Shown here one piece after another: positions 34,138 to 46,843 of a DNA stretch of 64,000 bases. The first letter of the stretch is position 1. Each line of letters starts with the position of its first letter. A program made the translations under genes and the position numbers. The stretch spans positions 2,232,001 to 2,296,000 of the forward strand of contig CM120645.1 of NCBI GenBank assembly GCA_051362555.1. Direction: 5' to 3'. The stretch comes from Lingula anatina (lineage: Eukaryota > Animalia > Brachiopoda). The notes beneath the pieces are model-generated. The model was not told where the DNA came from and did no database searches. It saw only the letters and a program-made list of their open reading frames with translations.

Positions 34138-35184
34138 TTTATTCTGAGGATTCTGATGCTGCACACATCGGTACCGGTGGCCTGGTCTATGCCCCGCCTT
34201 CGTTGTTAAGGGCCGTTGGCATGGGTAAACTCGGTGGGCGGACCTTAGCAGCATCAGCACAATTAGAGAAACAATAGAAGGGGATGCGCCATGCCCCCTT
34301 TGTCATAAACAGCGATCGGCAAAGCAGTGCCTATTGTTCCGCTTAAGATGTCTTGATAATCTATTCCGACACATTGGATTTGCTCGAAATACGCGTTCTC
34401 CTTGAATTGCTTGTTGTTACACGCGCTCTTTCGATTTACTTGTTAACTTTTTGAGATACGCAAAAAAAAGGGGAAAAATCCGTTGCTTGCTACCCGTGAC
34501 AGCAACCGTCATACTATCGATTCATTTTCGACAACAGCTCGATGCAGCCGTTATATTTTTAAAAATCTACATGGACGTTACTAGGCATACGCACGGATGC
34601 ACTGTGCGTACAATTTTTTCGCCAACCATGATATTATTTTATATAAATTTAGAGTATTTTTCACGGAATATGAAAGAAAATCCTCTGCTTATTAAAGTCA
34701 CCTGTATGTACAAATCCTCTGTATCAATTGTTTAGGCACAATTGTTCTGACACCCCCCCCCCCCTCCTCTGCATCTATGCAGGGTCAGTGTGATTTTCCA
34801 TGTGAAATGGGCCAGTATGGCTCGGGAAAGTGCATGTGTTATTAATTTGTTAGAAATATTTGAATGATCAAAACAAAGTTCTGGGTCTTAATTGTTATGT
34901 CAATCTTAATATATAGAGGTGTTTTATTAATTATTTTTTAAAATGATTTTATAAAAGTACGCACCTTTGTGATGCTGGAACTAGCTAAAAAAAGTTATGA
35001 ATTAAAATTGAAGTGATGACATGATCTAAACAACATTTAAAGTGATAAGGAAAAACTTGGCAAGCAAGGGGGATGTAAGCCTACCTTCCACGGCTCATGT
35101 TAGATAACTGTTTATTTAAAACGTCTTCTTTTTAAATATGTATCCCATTCACCCACCTAAATATTAATTGTCTAAGGGCACCAT

Positions 35185-35920
35185 ATAATAATAAATAATA
35201 ATAATAAGATTCTTATATGGCGCCTTACATTCTATCTCAAGGCGCCTTACAATAATGGCTAATATACTAAAATCATTAAAATGACTACAATATTTTAATC
35301 ATAAACTCTCATTGGAAACCATTTAAAATTTATACTACTAAAAATCAATCTTATTAAAAACATATATATATTTAAATAAAATCTAAGAGATATAGACAGA
35401 ATTAAAAATGTGGGTCTTTAAAAGAGATTTAAAATTGTCAAAGTCTTCTGTTTTTCTAATAAAATTTGGTAGACCATTCCACACTTTTGGGGCGTAGATT
35501 ATAAAAGCACGATCTCCATAACATTTTAGGCACCCCTTCTCTAAAACAGAATGTTCTAAAATAAAATCATTCTCAGTATTAAAACGTGTGGACCGCCGTG
35601 GTAAGTTAAAACAGATAAGATCAGATAAATATAATGGTCCTTGTGAATGAATCGCCTTAAAAATAATACAGAGTACTTTAAAATCAATCCTCTGCTTCAC
35701 AGGCAGCCAGCGTAATTCTTTCAGAATGGGAGTGATATGGTGTGTACTATTGTACTTAATTTGACAAACCAGTCTTGCAGCTGAGTTTTGAATAACTTCT
35801 AACTTTTTAATCTGATAGTCACAAATACCAAAGAGGAGACTATTGCAGTAATCTAATCTTGATGATATAAATGCATGTACTAATTTTTCAGTGGTTTTGT
35901 TATCTAACACTTTCCTTATT
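35185..35920 (-). mobile_element. 5'-truncated L2/CR1-group LINE (end of ORF2, 3' UTR and (TTA)n tail)
   Basis: ORF 35383-35910 has LVHAFISSRLDYCNSLL, QNSAARLV, HITPILKELRWLPV, GDRAF...APKVWN and FKSLLKTH. The 3' end reads TGTAAGGCGCCTTGAG...GGCGCCATATAAG followed by TTA repeats. Confidence 0.92.
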
Positions 35921-36178
35921 GTAACATATGTAACATCTCAAAACAACTATATATGTAGACTGTAAAAGTCGTTTTTATTAATATCTTACATTTTTTAGAA
36001 AGTGAAATAGTGAAATTTTAATCACTGTTTTATTACCAATTCCTTCACAATATTATTGGTTTATAGTTTTCACCTGTAGACCTATTCGAAATGTAAATGC
36101 TACACAATGCAACCTCCCGAACAAACGAAACTTCCGGTAGGCATTAAGTCCCCAAGCCCCAAAATTGCCGAACAACTT

Positions 36179-37588
36179 TTAGCACAGCCGAAACGCAGTT
36201 TTAAGCTGGTCATCTGTGAGGATGTCGCCGTATATTTGGAGACATGACATGCGACCCTGGAAATTTCTATGTACTTTATGTCTTATCTTGGACCGAGCAA
36301 GGTAAAGGTCGTAGTTTGTATCAAAATAACCTCCTCCGCGCTTCTGAGTAGAAATGACCGTGTTAAGGGAGGCGTTCAGTCTTCCAGCACGCACCGTATA
36401 CAGCTCTGACGCCCGATGATACTGCACAACGATTTTCAACCACCTGTTCAGGGATGTGTAAAAGATTACAACTTCGTGCATTTGCTTATCAATTATTTCC
36501 ATTTGCTTTTGATGAATCCAATAAAAAACACCAAGTTTGTTGCTTTTAGGATCATCTATAAACCCCAAGGGCATTTCCCAATCGGGCAACCGTGTCGGCA
36601 TCAACCAAAACATCAAGGTTACAGAACCGTTTCTATTAAACAAGGAAGTGTTTCTTTTTGGAATATGTCCGAAAGAACTGTCGTCGACCCCACTAAACAA
36701 TATGGCGCCCCCCTCCTTCCCGTCTGGCCCCGGTGCGAAGCTGGTGTTATATGTCACGCCGTCGTTGCCGTTCCCACTAAGGTCCCTAAGTTCATTCTTC
36801 GAATCCATGGCCCAGAAACCAAGGGGATTGGGAAGGCCTGAATAAATGGATATAAAACTATAATTACATATGCAAAAATTATTAAAATGAAGGAGTACTA
36901 ACAACAAGCCTCAAAGCTTTAACACTGAATTTTATAAAAGACGCTTGACATATTATCCTTACTACACAAGTTACAATGAAAGATCTAATTGACATAGAGG
37001 AAGTGCATGTTATACAATGTATATCAGGAGTTATGTACAAAAAATCTCAAGTAGTCTAAGACGAATTTCTTTTAAATGTGGTACGTATGTCTATAGCTAA
37101 TCACTTCATGGTCATTTTCTTGCCTTGTGGTTTTCCATCTTACCTGAAAATGTCATTGGAGTCGGCTTAACAGTTGTCGTTGCTGTAGACGGAGGTACTG
37201 TGCTTGACCTCTCTGTTGTCGTCTTCCTGGTCGACATGGGAACCGATATAGTTGTTGATTTTTGTTGGGCTGAGGCTGCAACTTTACACTGTACATACTG
37301 CGCGGACAGATCGCGGTAGACGGCAGCAGTAAACTTCAGTTCCATATCCAAAGCAGTCTCCGTATTCCGCCGCCGGCCGAACTCAGGAGGGTAGTTAAGT
37401 CCGGTGAACTTTTGAACCAGGCCCGAACATTCTGCTAAGAGGTGTTGTTTCAAAGACGACAGTTTGTGATTCAGTACGTACAATTCCAATTGTTTGGAAA
37501 GGACGTTTCCAGTTGGCATAGCTGCACTTGTCAGGCAGAACTCGAAACATAGGAGAACTGCGATCTGGACCGATGTTAGCGTTCCCAT
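36179..37588 (-). CDS. Secreted protein of about 367 aa: signal peptide, helical Cys/GRRR module, Thr/Ser linker, LamG/ConA-like domain
   Basis: Exon 37144-37588 (MGTLTSVQIAVLLCFEFCLTSA..., donor G|GTAAG) joins exon 36179-36837 in phase 1. LamG-like motifs: PLGFWAMD, DLSGNGNDG, GPDGKEGGAILF, VTLMFWL and FQGRMSCLQIYGDILT. Confidence 0.8.
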
Positions 37589-37641
37589 GGTCTTTCCGCT
37601 TGTGTTGGAATGGTGACGCGAAAATGTACTTAAAGCGTCTA

Positions 37642-37649
37642 TGACGTCA
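37642..37649. promoter_or_regulatory. Perfect CRE palindrome about 55 bp upstream of the LamG gene ATG
   Basis: TGACGTCA, next to a weak TATA-like TTTAAG on the minus strand. Confidence 0.4.
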
Positions 37650-39327
37650 TTCGGCATTGCTTGATGGTTCTGGTCACACAAGAGGCAATTTGGTTTATTT
37701 TCACGTTAGCTCTACTATGGTTAAACACGTACATAACACACTGTATCTTTACACGTAGGGTCTGGTATCTACTACTAAATGCCACATTTCCAAGGCCTTG
37801 TGAAAATCTAAGATATTTCACGAAGTTGATTGGTCCAAGTTGGCCTTTCTTTGAGTGTTTACTTCTCTACCTTAATTCTGATGGACAGCAGTGCAAAATT
37901 CTGACCTAACCTTCTTTTAAGTTCACAGGTCTAATGGCGCTTTGCTGATAAGTTTCAGTTAAAGTCACGTTGCTCACTCCCAGTGATGACTTTCGCGACC
38001 TCATAAGGTGATTAACGCACGAAATGTGCATCTGTGCACCTCTCAATGATTAACTACCAGACAACATTAATACAACATGTGTATTAAAGGTACACAATGT
38101 CTATAAGACATTAAATTTATTCTTCTTAGCAAGATATTTAATTCAACGTGTTTCGTTTAATCACCTAGGTACATCTTATCCGAAACCACTGACAATACTA
38201 CGATTTATATTAGCAATTTAAAATTTACGTTCCCAGTCTGGTAATGAAAATAGAGAGTTCTGAGGTTCACTCACAATGGTGAAAATAGACATTCAAACCT
38301 CAAAATCTGCTTTATAGATTGCCATTTTCTGAATTGTTTTGGAAAAGAGGTACCACGCCCACTCACCCCCACATACCCCCAGTTTCTGCCACTGACGTAG
38401 TATTAAGGTACCCGCATGAGATTTTCTGGCGAGAATTTAAACAAATGCTAAATCGAATGCCTTCAAGTCTACAGGGTACCGTGATCGCATTTTATGACCT
38501 CATAAGTCGGTTAGAGCGCCCACGACTTGTGTGTGTGCATCTGTATAATTCTCATTGGTGATATACTACATGTGCTGGCAGACCCCTTAATGCCATAATT
38601 AATTGCAGTTTAACATTGAATTAAAAATATCCTTTCGTCATGTTTCCTAACGAAGAAGAAGGAATGTGAATGTTAATCATGAATTTAAAAACGCAAATGA
38701 AGAACTCGCAAACAGTACCTGGCGTTCTCTTTGCCTTTAGGTGACGGCTATTATCAATTCCATGAGTTTTATTCATCAAGTTGTGTTTGCATTTTTTTAT
38801 GCAATTATGTTAATTTCAGATTATTGGGAGAGAATAAATTCTTTTATCTTTGGTCGATATAAAGTAATATAGGTACAGTAGTACGCATATACCTTGCACT
38901 ACAGCGCGGTATCTTAACATAAACGAGATCCGAAGATTTAAACGTGGCATGTTTTAAGTTACATATTAAATGCCTATACTTATGAATTATGTGTTTTTTT
39001 TCTTTAATAATTACTTTCTGCTCATTCTGTTTCAAATCATTCGTTATGTAGCAAAATTCTTAAAGAATAAGAAAAATTAGTGAAGAACCAAGATTTAAAT
39101 AAAAAGCGTTTACCGGTGTTGAAAAAAATCCCCAGTCCTTAATTAAAAAGAGTGTAGGCCTAAAAACATAAAGTTAAGAGATGAAATGGATTTTCTTTAT
39201 GATAAGGTATTATCGTTAAACGTAATTTAAGAACAACAGAATCTAAATAAATGCAAAAAAGGATGATTCGACCTCAGTTGGAGAATTATGACTGACTTAT
39301 AGATAAAAAACAATCTGTAAAGTTCCA

Positions 39328-41876
39328 TCACAGTCTTAATTTCATTAAGGCCGAACTCAGCATACACGTTAACCCGCAGTTTACACCCGGTGCTGCTGTG
39401 CCTTCGTATCTTATACAGCGGTGCACGTCCGACCGACATATACTGTCTCGTGAATAGTGGGCGGTGAATTGGGCTTTGGCGCAGTTTTCATACCACCAGC
39501 CACCTCCGTTACTCAAGGCACAGCTGGATCCAGTGTTAGCGGCATTGTCTCGATCGAAAGTCGAAAATGCCAACCCCTGGGTGATATTAGCAAAACTGTC
39601 TTGCGTGACGTTACCTGAATAGCCATCTAGGTACAGACCGTAATTTGCCTCTTCTTCCGCGACGCGAAAGAGGCTGTATTGGATATAGATGGCGCTACTG
39701 GGAAGAGCGACCATGTCAACTTTTAAAGTTGCGTTGCTGTTTTGAGAATTGGTGATTTGGCTGAGAAGCTCCAGTCCAAGCCAATAGTCTCCCGCTGTAG
39801 AGTTTCCGAATCCGGTCTTATAATCCGCCCAAGTTCTGTTAAAATTGAGATCTTCGCTGGTCCGTTTTAGAAAGATTAACCAGCCGTCTTCGCACTGCGC
39901 GCTCTTTGTGAAGTTGTCGCATGCTATTTCCATGGTACCTGGATAAAAATGACATGAATGAAATTTCAAAACAGTTTCTTTGCGACTTTGTAGCAAAATA
40001 AAAGTTTCGCCGAAAAGTTTGGAAATATATTATATTTTTTAATATGAAATTTCCAAACTTTTCGGCGAAAGTTTTAAAAAATTCATGAATTACGATATCC
40101 AAATATCCAAACAATTTTTGAATAAAAAGAAAACTAACATGCTGTGTATAGTGTGTATGTTTGTGTGTATGTGTGTGTGCGTACTTTTGTGTGTATGTAT
40201 AAGTGTGAGGGGGGGTGGGGGGTAGAGAATGGGAACCTTACATACCCGAAAAATTAGCCGGACACAAAGTAGTGTTCAAACACCCATAAACCGGTGAGAC
40301 AGTAGAGGTAGCCACAGTAGTTAATTGCTCTGTGTTTCCAGTCGTGGTGGCATCCATTGACTGTGTCGTAGGCACAGTAGAAACTGTAGTCTCCATCGTC
40401 GTTGGTGCTTCTGTAGTGTCGACAGATCCAGCTGTTGTTGTCGTCTCTAATGCAATTATTGCTGTTGTAGTCAATAATGTGTCCACCACTGTTGACGATG
40501 TTGTCATTGTTGTTTCTGACGTAACTGTGGCTGTTGTTGACAAAGTGTCCACTGCTGTTGCTGTTGTTGTTATTGTTGTTGTTGCTGCACCAGTTACGGA
40601 CCCAGTGACCGTGGCTGAAGTTGTAGTGGACACAATGACCGGTAAACTGGGCACCCCGGACGCAATGGTGGACCTGTCTACCGCACTGCCATTTGACTGT
40701 AAGGGAACTGGGTAGATGTGACATTGTATTAGTATAAAATACATTCAGTTGGACATCTATATCGCATTCTATATATTAAGTTTTTATTTAAGCATTTTAT
40801 CTATTTAACAGAGTAATTATATATTATTATTTCATATTTTATTATGAACGACGACTATTAATAAAGAATCTGAGAGAGATCAAAATAGATAAAAGTTGAA
40901 ATCATAATTATAGATAAAAAGTAGCGTCTTAACTATAGTTTTGCCTAATAAATTAAAGAACTTTAAAAAAGATAAGTTACAATTCAAAAATTATTCAACG
41001 TAAGTGTACAAACTATAAATGTTTGCAGTACAAAAGGGGTGCATGTTTTAACAACGGACAGATTTCAATTTTAATTCATTGCTTTTGGACCTTCAAGTAG
41101 TCGAGATCTTCACTGATCAATGTCTTTTAATAATATTGCGATGAACAAGCTGTCCCATTTCTGATATTTTAGTTGAATATCCCACGAATAACAAAACTTC
41201 TTAACATTCCTGTATTTTAGAAAAACGAACAAACGTATCGTCAAAAAAGTTCCATTTTTCTTTCCAAATTATTCGATTTTGATAGGGACACTAAAACGTA
41301 AGAAGAAAACAACGCGAAAGAACGTGCTGCTTTAGGGTATCGACCGGAATATTGTAAAATTAATAACTTAAGTGCTAAAATTTTGTTTCCGGCTAAAGTA
41401 AAAACTCAAAAATGAAAGACATTGCGAGGATTAAGGTAGTGTTTCGAACATTAAACACAAAAAGTAAATACAAGTGGGCGTCTTTCATAAGTAGTGATAG
41501 AGAAAATGACTATATATTTGCATATGGTGGGCCGTTCATCAATGTTGGATATCCTCACATCACGCACAGATAGACCTAATGGCGCCAAAAGTCTTTATTA
41601 GTAATCCAAAAAGTATCATATTTATTCAAGACGTTGTACAAGTACTATCGGCAAATAACGAAAACGAGATCTAGAGATGTTGTTTTTTAAAAATGGTAAT
41701 AGATCCAAGCAGAACTTGCTCGTTATAAAGATCGATTCAGATTATTAGATGCGGTCGTTCCGAACCTTGGGTGGACTTGAAATCGTATTTGACGCTACAC
41801 CAATGTCAAGGAGTGTCACATAAATAAACAACGTAAAAGCCGGCGATATGAGCTTGTTGGCATTTTCCCGTCGCAT
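39328..41876 (-). CDS. Fibrinogen-related (FReD) protein with Thr-rich mucin stalk, predicted secreted, about 390 aa
   Basis: FReD exon 39328-39938 (GWLIFLKR, FNRTWADYKTGFG, YWLGLE, FSTFDRDN, CA...GGGWWYENC) and mucin exon 40246-40696 (phase 0-1). Putative signal exon 41766-41876, MRRENANKLISPAFTLFIYVTLLDIGVASNTISSPPK (phase 0 donor AAG|GTTCGG), is less certain. Confidence 0.8.
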
Positions 41877-42052
41877 ATCTGGCAAAGTTAATCGGCTGGA
41901 AAAAATTGACCGAGTCGCTGAATAAGCAAAGCGCGACTTATGACCTTTTTTCTGGCAAATTTGTAAAGAATTTGTCGGTGTCTTCTTACAGGCGAGCTAC
42001 GGTAATTGATATAGACGTCAATCTTGTTTTGTTGAAGGTGCAGCATTGGCAC

Positions 42053-42060
42053 CTTTTATA
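42053..42060 (-). promoter_or_regulatory. TATA box candidate for the secreted FReD transcript
   Basis: TATAAAAG on the minus strand, followed by a donor (about 41989) and acceptor (about 41897) that define a short 5' UTR intron before ATG 41876. Confidence 0.5.
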
Positions 42061-42943
42061 CCCGAGTCACAAATTTGAAAGAAACTATAACACAACACTA
42101 GGTTACGGCATGGTCGCGAAGTTCACCCGACTACGTATTACGTAATTATCTTAAGTTTGCATGGCTCACTAGCAGGTTCGTAGAATTTGAAATTAGAAGG
42201 GGAAATATTAGATCGGCGGCCATCGTTGTAAACGAATCTCAAGACCATGAAAAACATTTTAATTAAATATTTTTATGATTGTATGCTGCAAAGGTGAAAT
42301 TTTTATTCAGGGGCACTTGCATAAACAATCCGAATGCTAAACTAAGATTTTTTTCTTAAGCTTTTTTTTTCTTTTTATAATTAGTTTTTTCGTTAGCTAT
42401 GTATTTAGCATTTTAAACCTTAATTTTCTTTCATATATATCAGCGATAATTCTTGTAATGAAACCTTGCTGTCGCAGTTACTTTTTATTTGTTATCTCCT
42501 TTTACTGAAATAATATAGTCAGCCCAAACTGCTCACTTTGAAAAAAAAAACATATCTTAGGCCACGAAATTGTGATGAACTTGTAAACCTGAGTCCAGTT
42601 TCTCTCATTTGATAATAAAGTATTCAAATTCTGAACCCCAGTTGAGTATTTATAAGCGAATAACTAGTCTGGAAGCTATCGTGGACTCGTAGGGTAACTT
42701 TTTATTCTTGTTTCTGCAACTGTATAATATAAATTTTGAAAACAAAATAGGTCACTTTCGCTCCAGTGATAACGTCAACAAAACCTGGGGCTATTATAAC
42801 CCTTATTTACTTCCTTTAATTTTGAGCACTTATTTTCAAGATTTTCAGTTTCTCAAATGGAGAAAACAATACAATTTGCACGGATAAAAAATAGGGCATT
42901 ACTCTGTGTCGAAACGTTTTTTTTTAAAGAAATTGTAGTTGTA

Positions 42944-43055
42944 GGGATAACAACTGTTCATTTTGACCAAAAATGAAATTTTCTAGGGTAAGCAGCAATT
43001 TTCCCATAATTACCACTGGTTAATGAATCCATTTCTACATGCAAAATTACTCCCT

Positions 43056-43060
<5 letters not shown>
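42944..43060 (+). repeat. Diverged, truncated copy of the left end of the Kolobok-type MITE at 13740
   Basis: Aligns by eye with 13740-13862 (AGGGATAA...CAATTTTCCCATA.TTACCA.TGGTTAATGAATCCATTT). Confidence 0.7.
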
Positions 43061-43096
<36 letters not shown>

Positions 43097-43753
43097 TAAT
43101 AATCTTTTAAGTTATTATTAACTAATGATAACTATATATACTATTTCTACCACAGCCTGTGGATTGAAATCCTTGGAATGTAATGGTTTTCTGGAACATT
43201 AAGATCATCAAGAAAAAAGTGTCCGGTGCATTTATTTATCCTCCTCAACCCTCAAGATCACAAATCCCTTAAGGCAATATCGCAATATATTCCGTTAACA
43301 GCACAACAAATTAGCACCCATCGCATTAATTATCTTTAAGCTAATCATTACATATAGAATGATCTTGCTTAATATTGTCAAGTGAGATAACAGTTACTGA
43401 TACTTTGATGGATATTTTATCCTTTATTTTATTATTTATTTATATTTTTGATGTAAGCATAATAGAGTAGTGTTAGAAGAACCTTAGACAGCGAACAATA
43501 TTTAAATGTGTTACACTTAAAAGCTGAATAAATTATTATTATTTTTTTAATGGTCAGTTTAGGGCATTTTTCAGGAATGACCATATGGGACCTAAACATG
43601 CGTCATTTTTCAAACTTTGTGAAGTGCCGCTATATCCATTTTAAAAGAGAAGTGAGGGTGGCTGAAACACTATCCAACCCCCACCCCCATCCCTACCCCA
43701 CCACACCCCTGGGGCCGCCTATGACGTTGTTAACACTTTTAAGACACACTCAC

Positions 43754-44033
43754 CGTTTGCAAACAGCACGAGGGGCACAATGATAGCGACCAGAACTCCG
43801 ACCATTAAGACCCCCACCAATACCGCAATGAACACGTGCAGAGGCCTCCATCTTATGCACGGCCCCCGCCTCACTTTTCCGGGAGATCCGCGTGGATGCA
43901 CACGGCTTCCCTTCATCTGAAGTTCGTATGCCTCGGCAACTTTCGCCCTCATCATCGGCAGCCTGTCATAAAATCCTCCCCGTCTGAGGTGATAAAGAGT
44001 GTCCGTGCTGGTGTTGCCGCTGGCGTCCGACAT
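43754..44033 (-). CDS. First coding exon with cytoplasmic tail and type II signal-anchor; downstream partner exon unresolved
   Basis: MSDASGN...RWRPLHVFIAVLVGVLMVGVLVAIIVPLVLFAN, ending at a consensus donor G|GTGAGT (phase 1); GC-rich, coding-like composition. Confidence 0.7.
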
Positions 44034-46466
44034 GACGACGAACCGTCATGTCGAATGTCAGTCGGTTTTTTTCTTGTGCGACGTGCGTTGTTGGATAACT
44101 AAGGCTGCGGCTGTTCTAGCACTGTTTTCACTCGCCAGGTGTTTTCGATGTTGAGGTGTGATGGAACGTGCAGGTGTCGACTTTATCTTGGGGTGCGCCG
44201 GTGTTAGATTTGTCTCCAAATTCTGTTCGACTGTGAATACGTTCTTTAGTCATATATCCTTCATTCGCCGGGATCGTCAGAGGGGTGTGCCGAGGTGATC
44301 TACTGTCAAACTAGTTTCAAAACCTGCGGCGTTTAAGTTAATACTGACTAAGCTTCCATGTAACCTATGTCAAAGTGAGAAGAAAAAAACAGTTCTCTGT
44401 AATGAGGCATAATTCGTAAGCTGTCAGAAGTTTTGTGAAGTTTGAGGACGCATTGTTATCTGCACGGTGGCACAACGATATTAACGATCTGCGTGAAAAA
44501 CTTCAAGCAGCGATTCTAGAAGCGTTAAATAGTGCTAGAGTTATTGTTGACATAGATTCAAAACGACAAAATGTTACGCATTCAGTTTTCACTTGAAGTC
44601 TTCGGCCTAATTGGAAGCCACTGCGCAACGGCGTCCTTAGCTGTTATGATGCCTCCTCAATGTCAGTGACACTGCAACGTCCTCGTGCGGGGATCTGTTT
44701 AAAGACCTCGGGCGTTCATTGGAAGTTTTTAACCTTGATGTTTAAATGAATCTTTTACGCCGTATCAGTGATGTAATCCTCGACTACTCTATCACAACAC
44801 AGGTTATTCAATGCCTCTTGCAATACTATCTTCCCAAGGTTTGACTTAAATAATACCTGTAAAAAAACTCAGTCATGAGCATTAAGTGAATGAAGGGCTG
44901 ATCGCTTCTCTCTGTCTCTCTGAAGTTTTCTAGACGACTTGACGACACTCTGTTTTCCAATCCACTGACTCGTTAAACTCGTTAAACTTAGCTTTTAGTT
45001 ATCAGTCAATTTTCTCTTAAATTTTGAGCGCCTCCATATTGAATGTAACAACTCACAGTGTTCCTATACAGTTCTTAGACGGCGCAATGTTATAACAACG
45101 AATTCAAGTAACTGATTCCAGTAATACTACTCTAAAATATGTGCCATCATTCACTTTAGAAGCCCCTCTTCATATGTCATTCTCTACGCTTGCGTGTAGG
45201 CCTATATATATGCCTTGAACGCCAGTGAACCGTTTTCACTTTGCGTTTCCTATGTCAACAAATACATGGCCTTTTCCCCCAAGTCAAACAACGTTTGTAA
45301 AACGTCAATGTTCGTGCCGAGCTCGGATGAGCTGAGCTCTCTCTAAATATACGTTTACTTACGTCAAAAATTCCAGCGTGATATTTTTATAGAAAATATA
45401 TTCATAAGAGTTTCAGTGATTCCTTCGCACGGCTTATGGCTCTGTTTTCTTGTTGAGTTCTTCTTTAAGCTACACAAGTTGACAGAACTCACTGGCGCGC
45501 AGCGACACAGTTTTTTTCACTCTCTCTCCTTGCTATTTTTGTTTTGCAGTGTATTATACAAAAAATAAATATGCCTACGTTTCATGTCTTTTTTTACACA
45601 CTGCGACAGGCCTAGGACGGCAAATTGTGGGGTACTTAAAGTGTCATTAGTATGATGAATTGTTTAAGTATAGTCCCTGAGAGCATAGGCGTGGTACTAG
45701 TCAAAGAGACATCGCAGCAAGGATTTTTTTTTACCATCACTCAGTTCAAACACATGCACTATGTAGTTGTGAAGTTTATAGAAAAAAGCCCCAAGCATTC
45801 TCGGTCCAGTGCGCTTGGGTGGTTTACCAGGGTTTACTCTTGTTGATTCTGTTAACAAAACTTTGGCTTAAGATGCCTTTTGAAGTTGACAATCTGACTG
45901 TGGTGACACGGCCACCGACCCGTCAAATGCGATGACGGGGTGTCGAGTTAGTTTCTCACTGGTCAAGCCAAGTCCTCTAGTTGATCCTTAATGTCCTGGC
46001 AAAGAAGTGACTTATTGCGACGTACAGTACTTCGATCAATTGCTATGACGAAAAAGCTGCGACAGTGCAGGATATTTACAGCAATTGCATTGTTTTGAAC
46101 TAGACTCTTTGTCGAATTAATCAAGCCGAGTTTAGATCTATGCTTGGTAAGCATAAACAATCCTACAAACGTGAATGGGTTCTCTGGGCGTCTCTATTTT
46201 ATTTGCACGGCTCCTATTTGCGCCGCTCCTCTTCAAACAAGAATCTATAAAGTATTAGACACAATTAAAAAAGCTGATAATGGTCATTCGTTGTTCAAGT
46301 CATTTCCAGATCGCCTTGACCCGCAGAGTAACAGATTTTAACATTATTGAAAAAGGTATATCCACGTGAATCCAGGAATCGGGTCGCATTCCACGTTTTT
46401 AAAATCGCCAAACTTGCACATTATCAATCGAACGGACGGTTGATTTGACGTCTTCGGTCTCAACCG

Positions 46467-46843
46467 TCAATCACGTTTCGACTGACCGATTGCGTTAAAC
46501 ATCTGCCAGGTCAACAAACACATTCTTGGTAAAAGAATTGCGTTTTATGGGTGACTCGCCAAAGAAGTGCGGTACACGTCTCCTTTTCCTTTCCTAACAG
46601 AAACATGGACTCGTCGTCACCTTGAAGCGCACTCCAGTGATCGTCGTCCGGGTCTACTCAAGACGATCGCTCAGTTAACTCGACACTTTGAGAGTCTGTC
46701 AATCACGTTTCGATTGACCGATTGCGTTTAGCATTAGCGAGGTCAACAAGCACATTCTTATTAAAGGATTGCGGCACGTAGACGACTCGCCACCCATTCC
46801 TCTGGTAAACAGCAACAGAGACATGTCGCCGCCTTGAAACACA
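46467..46843. repeat. Diverged direct duplication, about 150-165-bp copies spaced about 231 bp apart
   Basis: GTCAATCACGTTTCGA.TGACCGATTGCGTT...GGTCAACAA.CACATTCTT...GACTCGCC occurs at about 46467 and about 46698. Confidence 0.8.
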
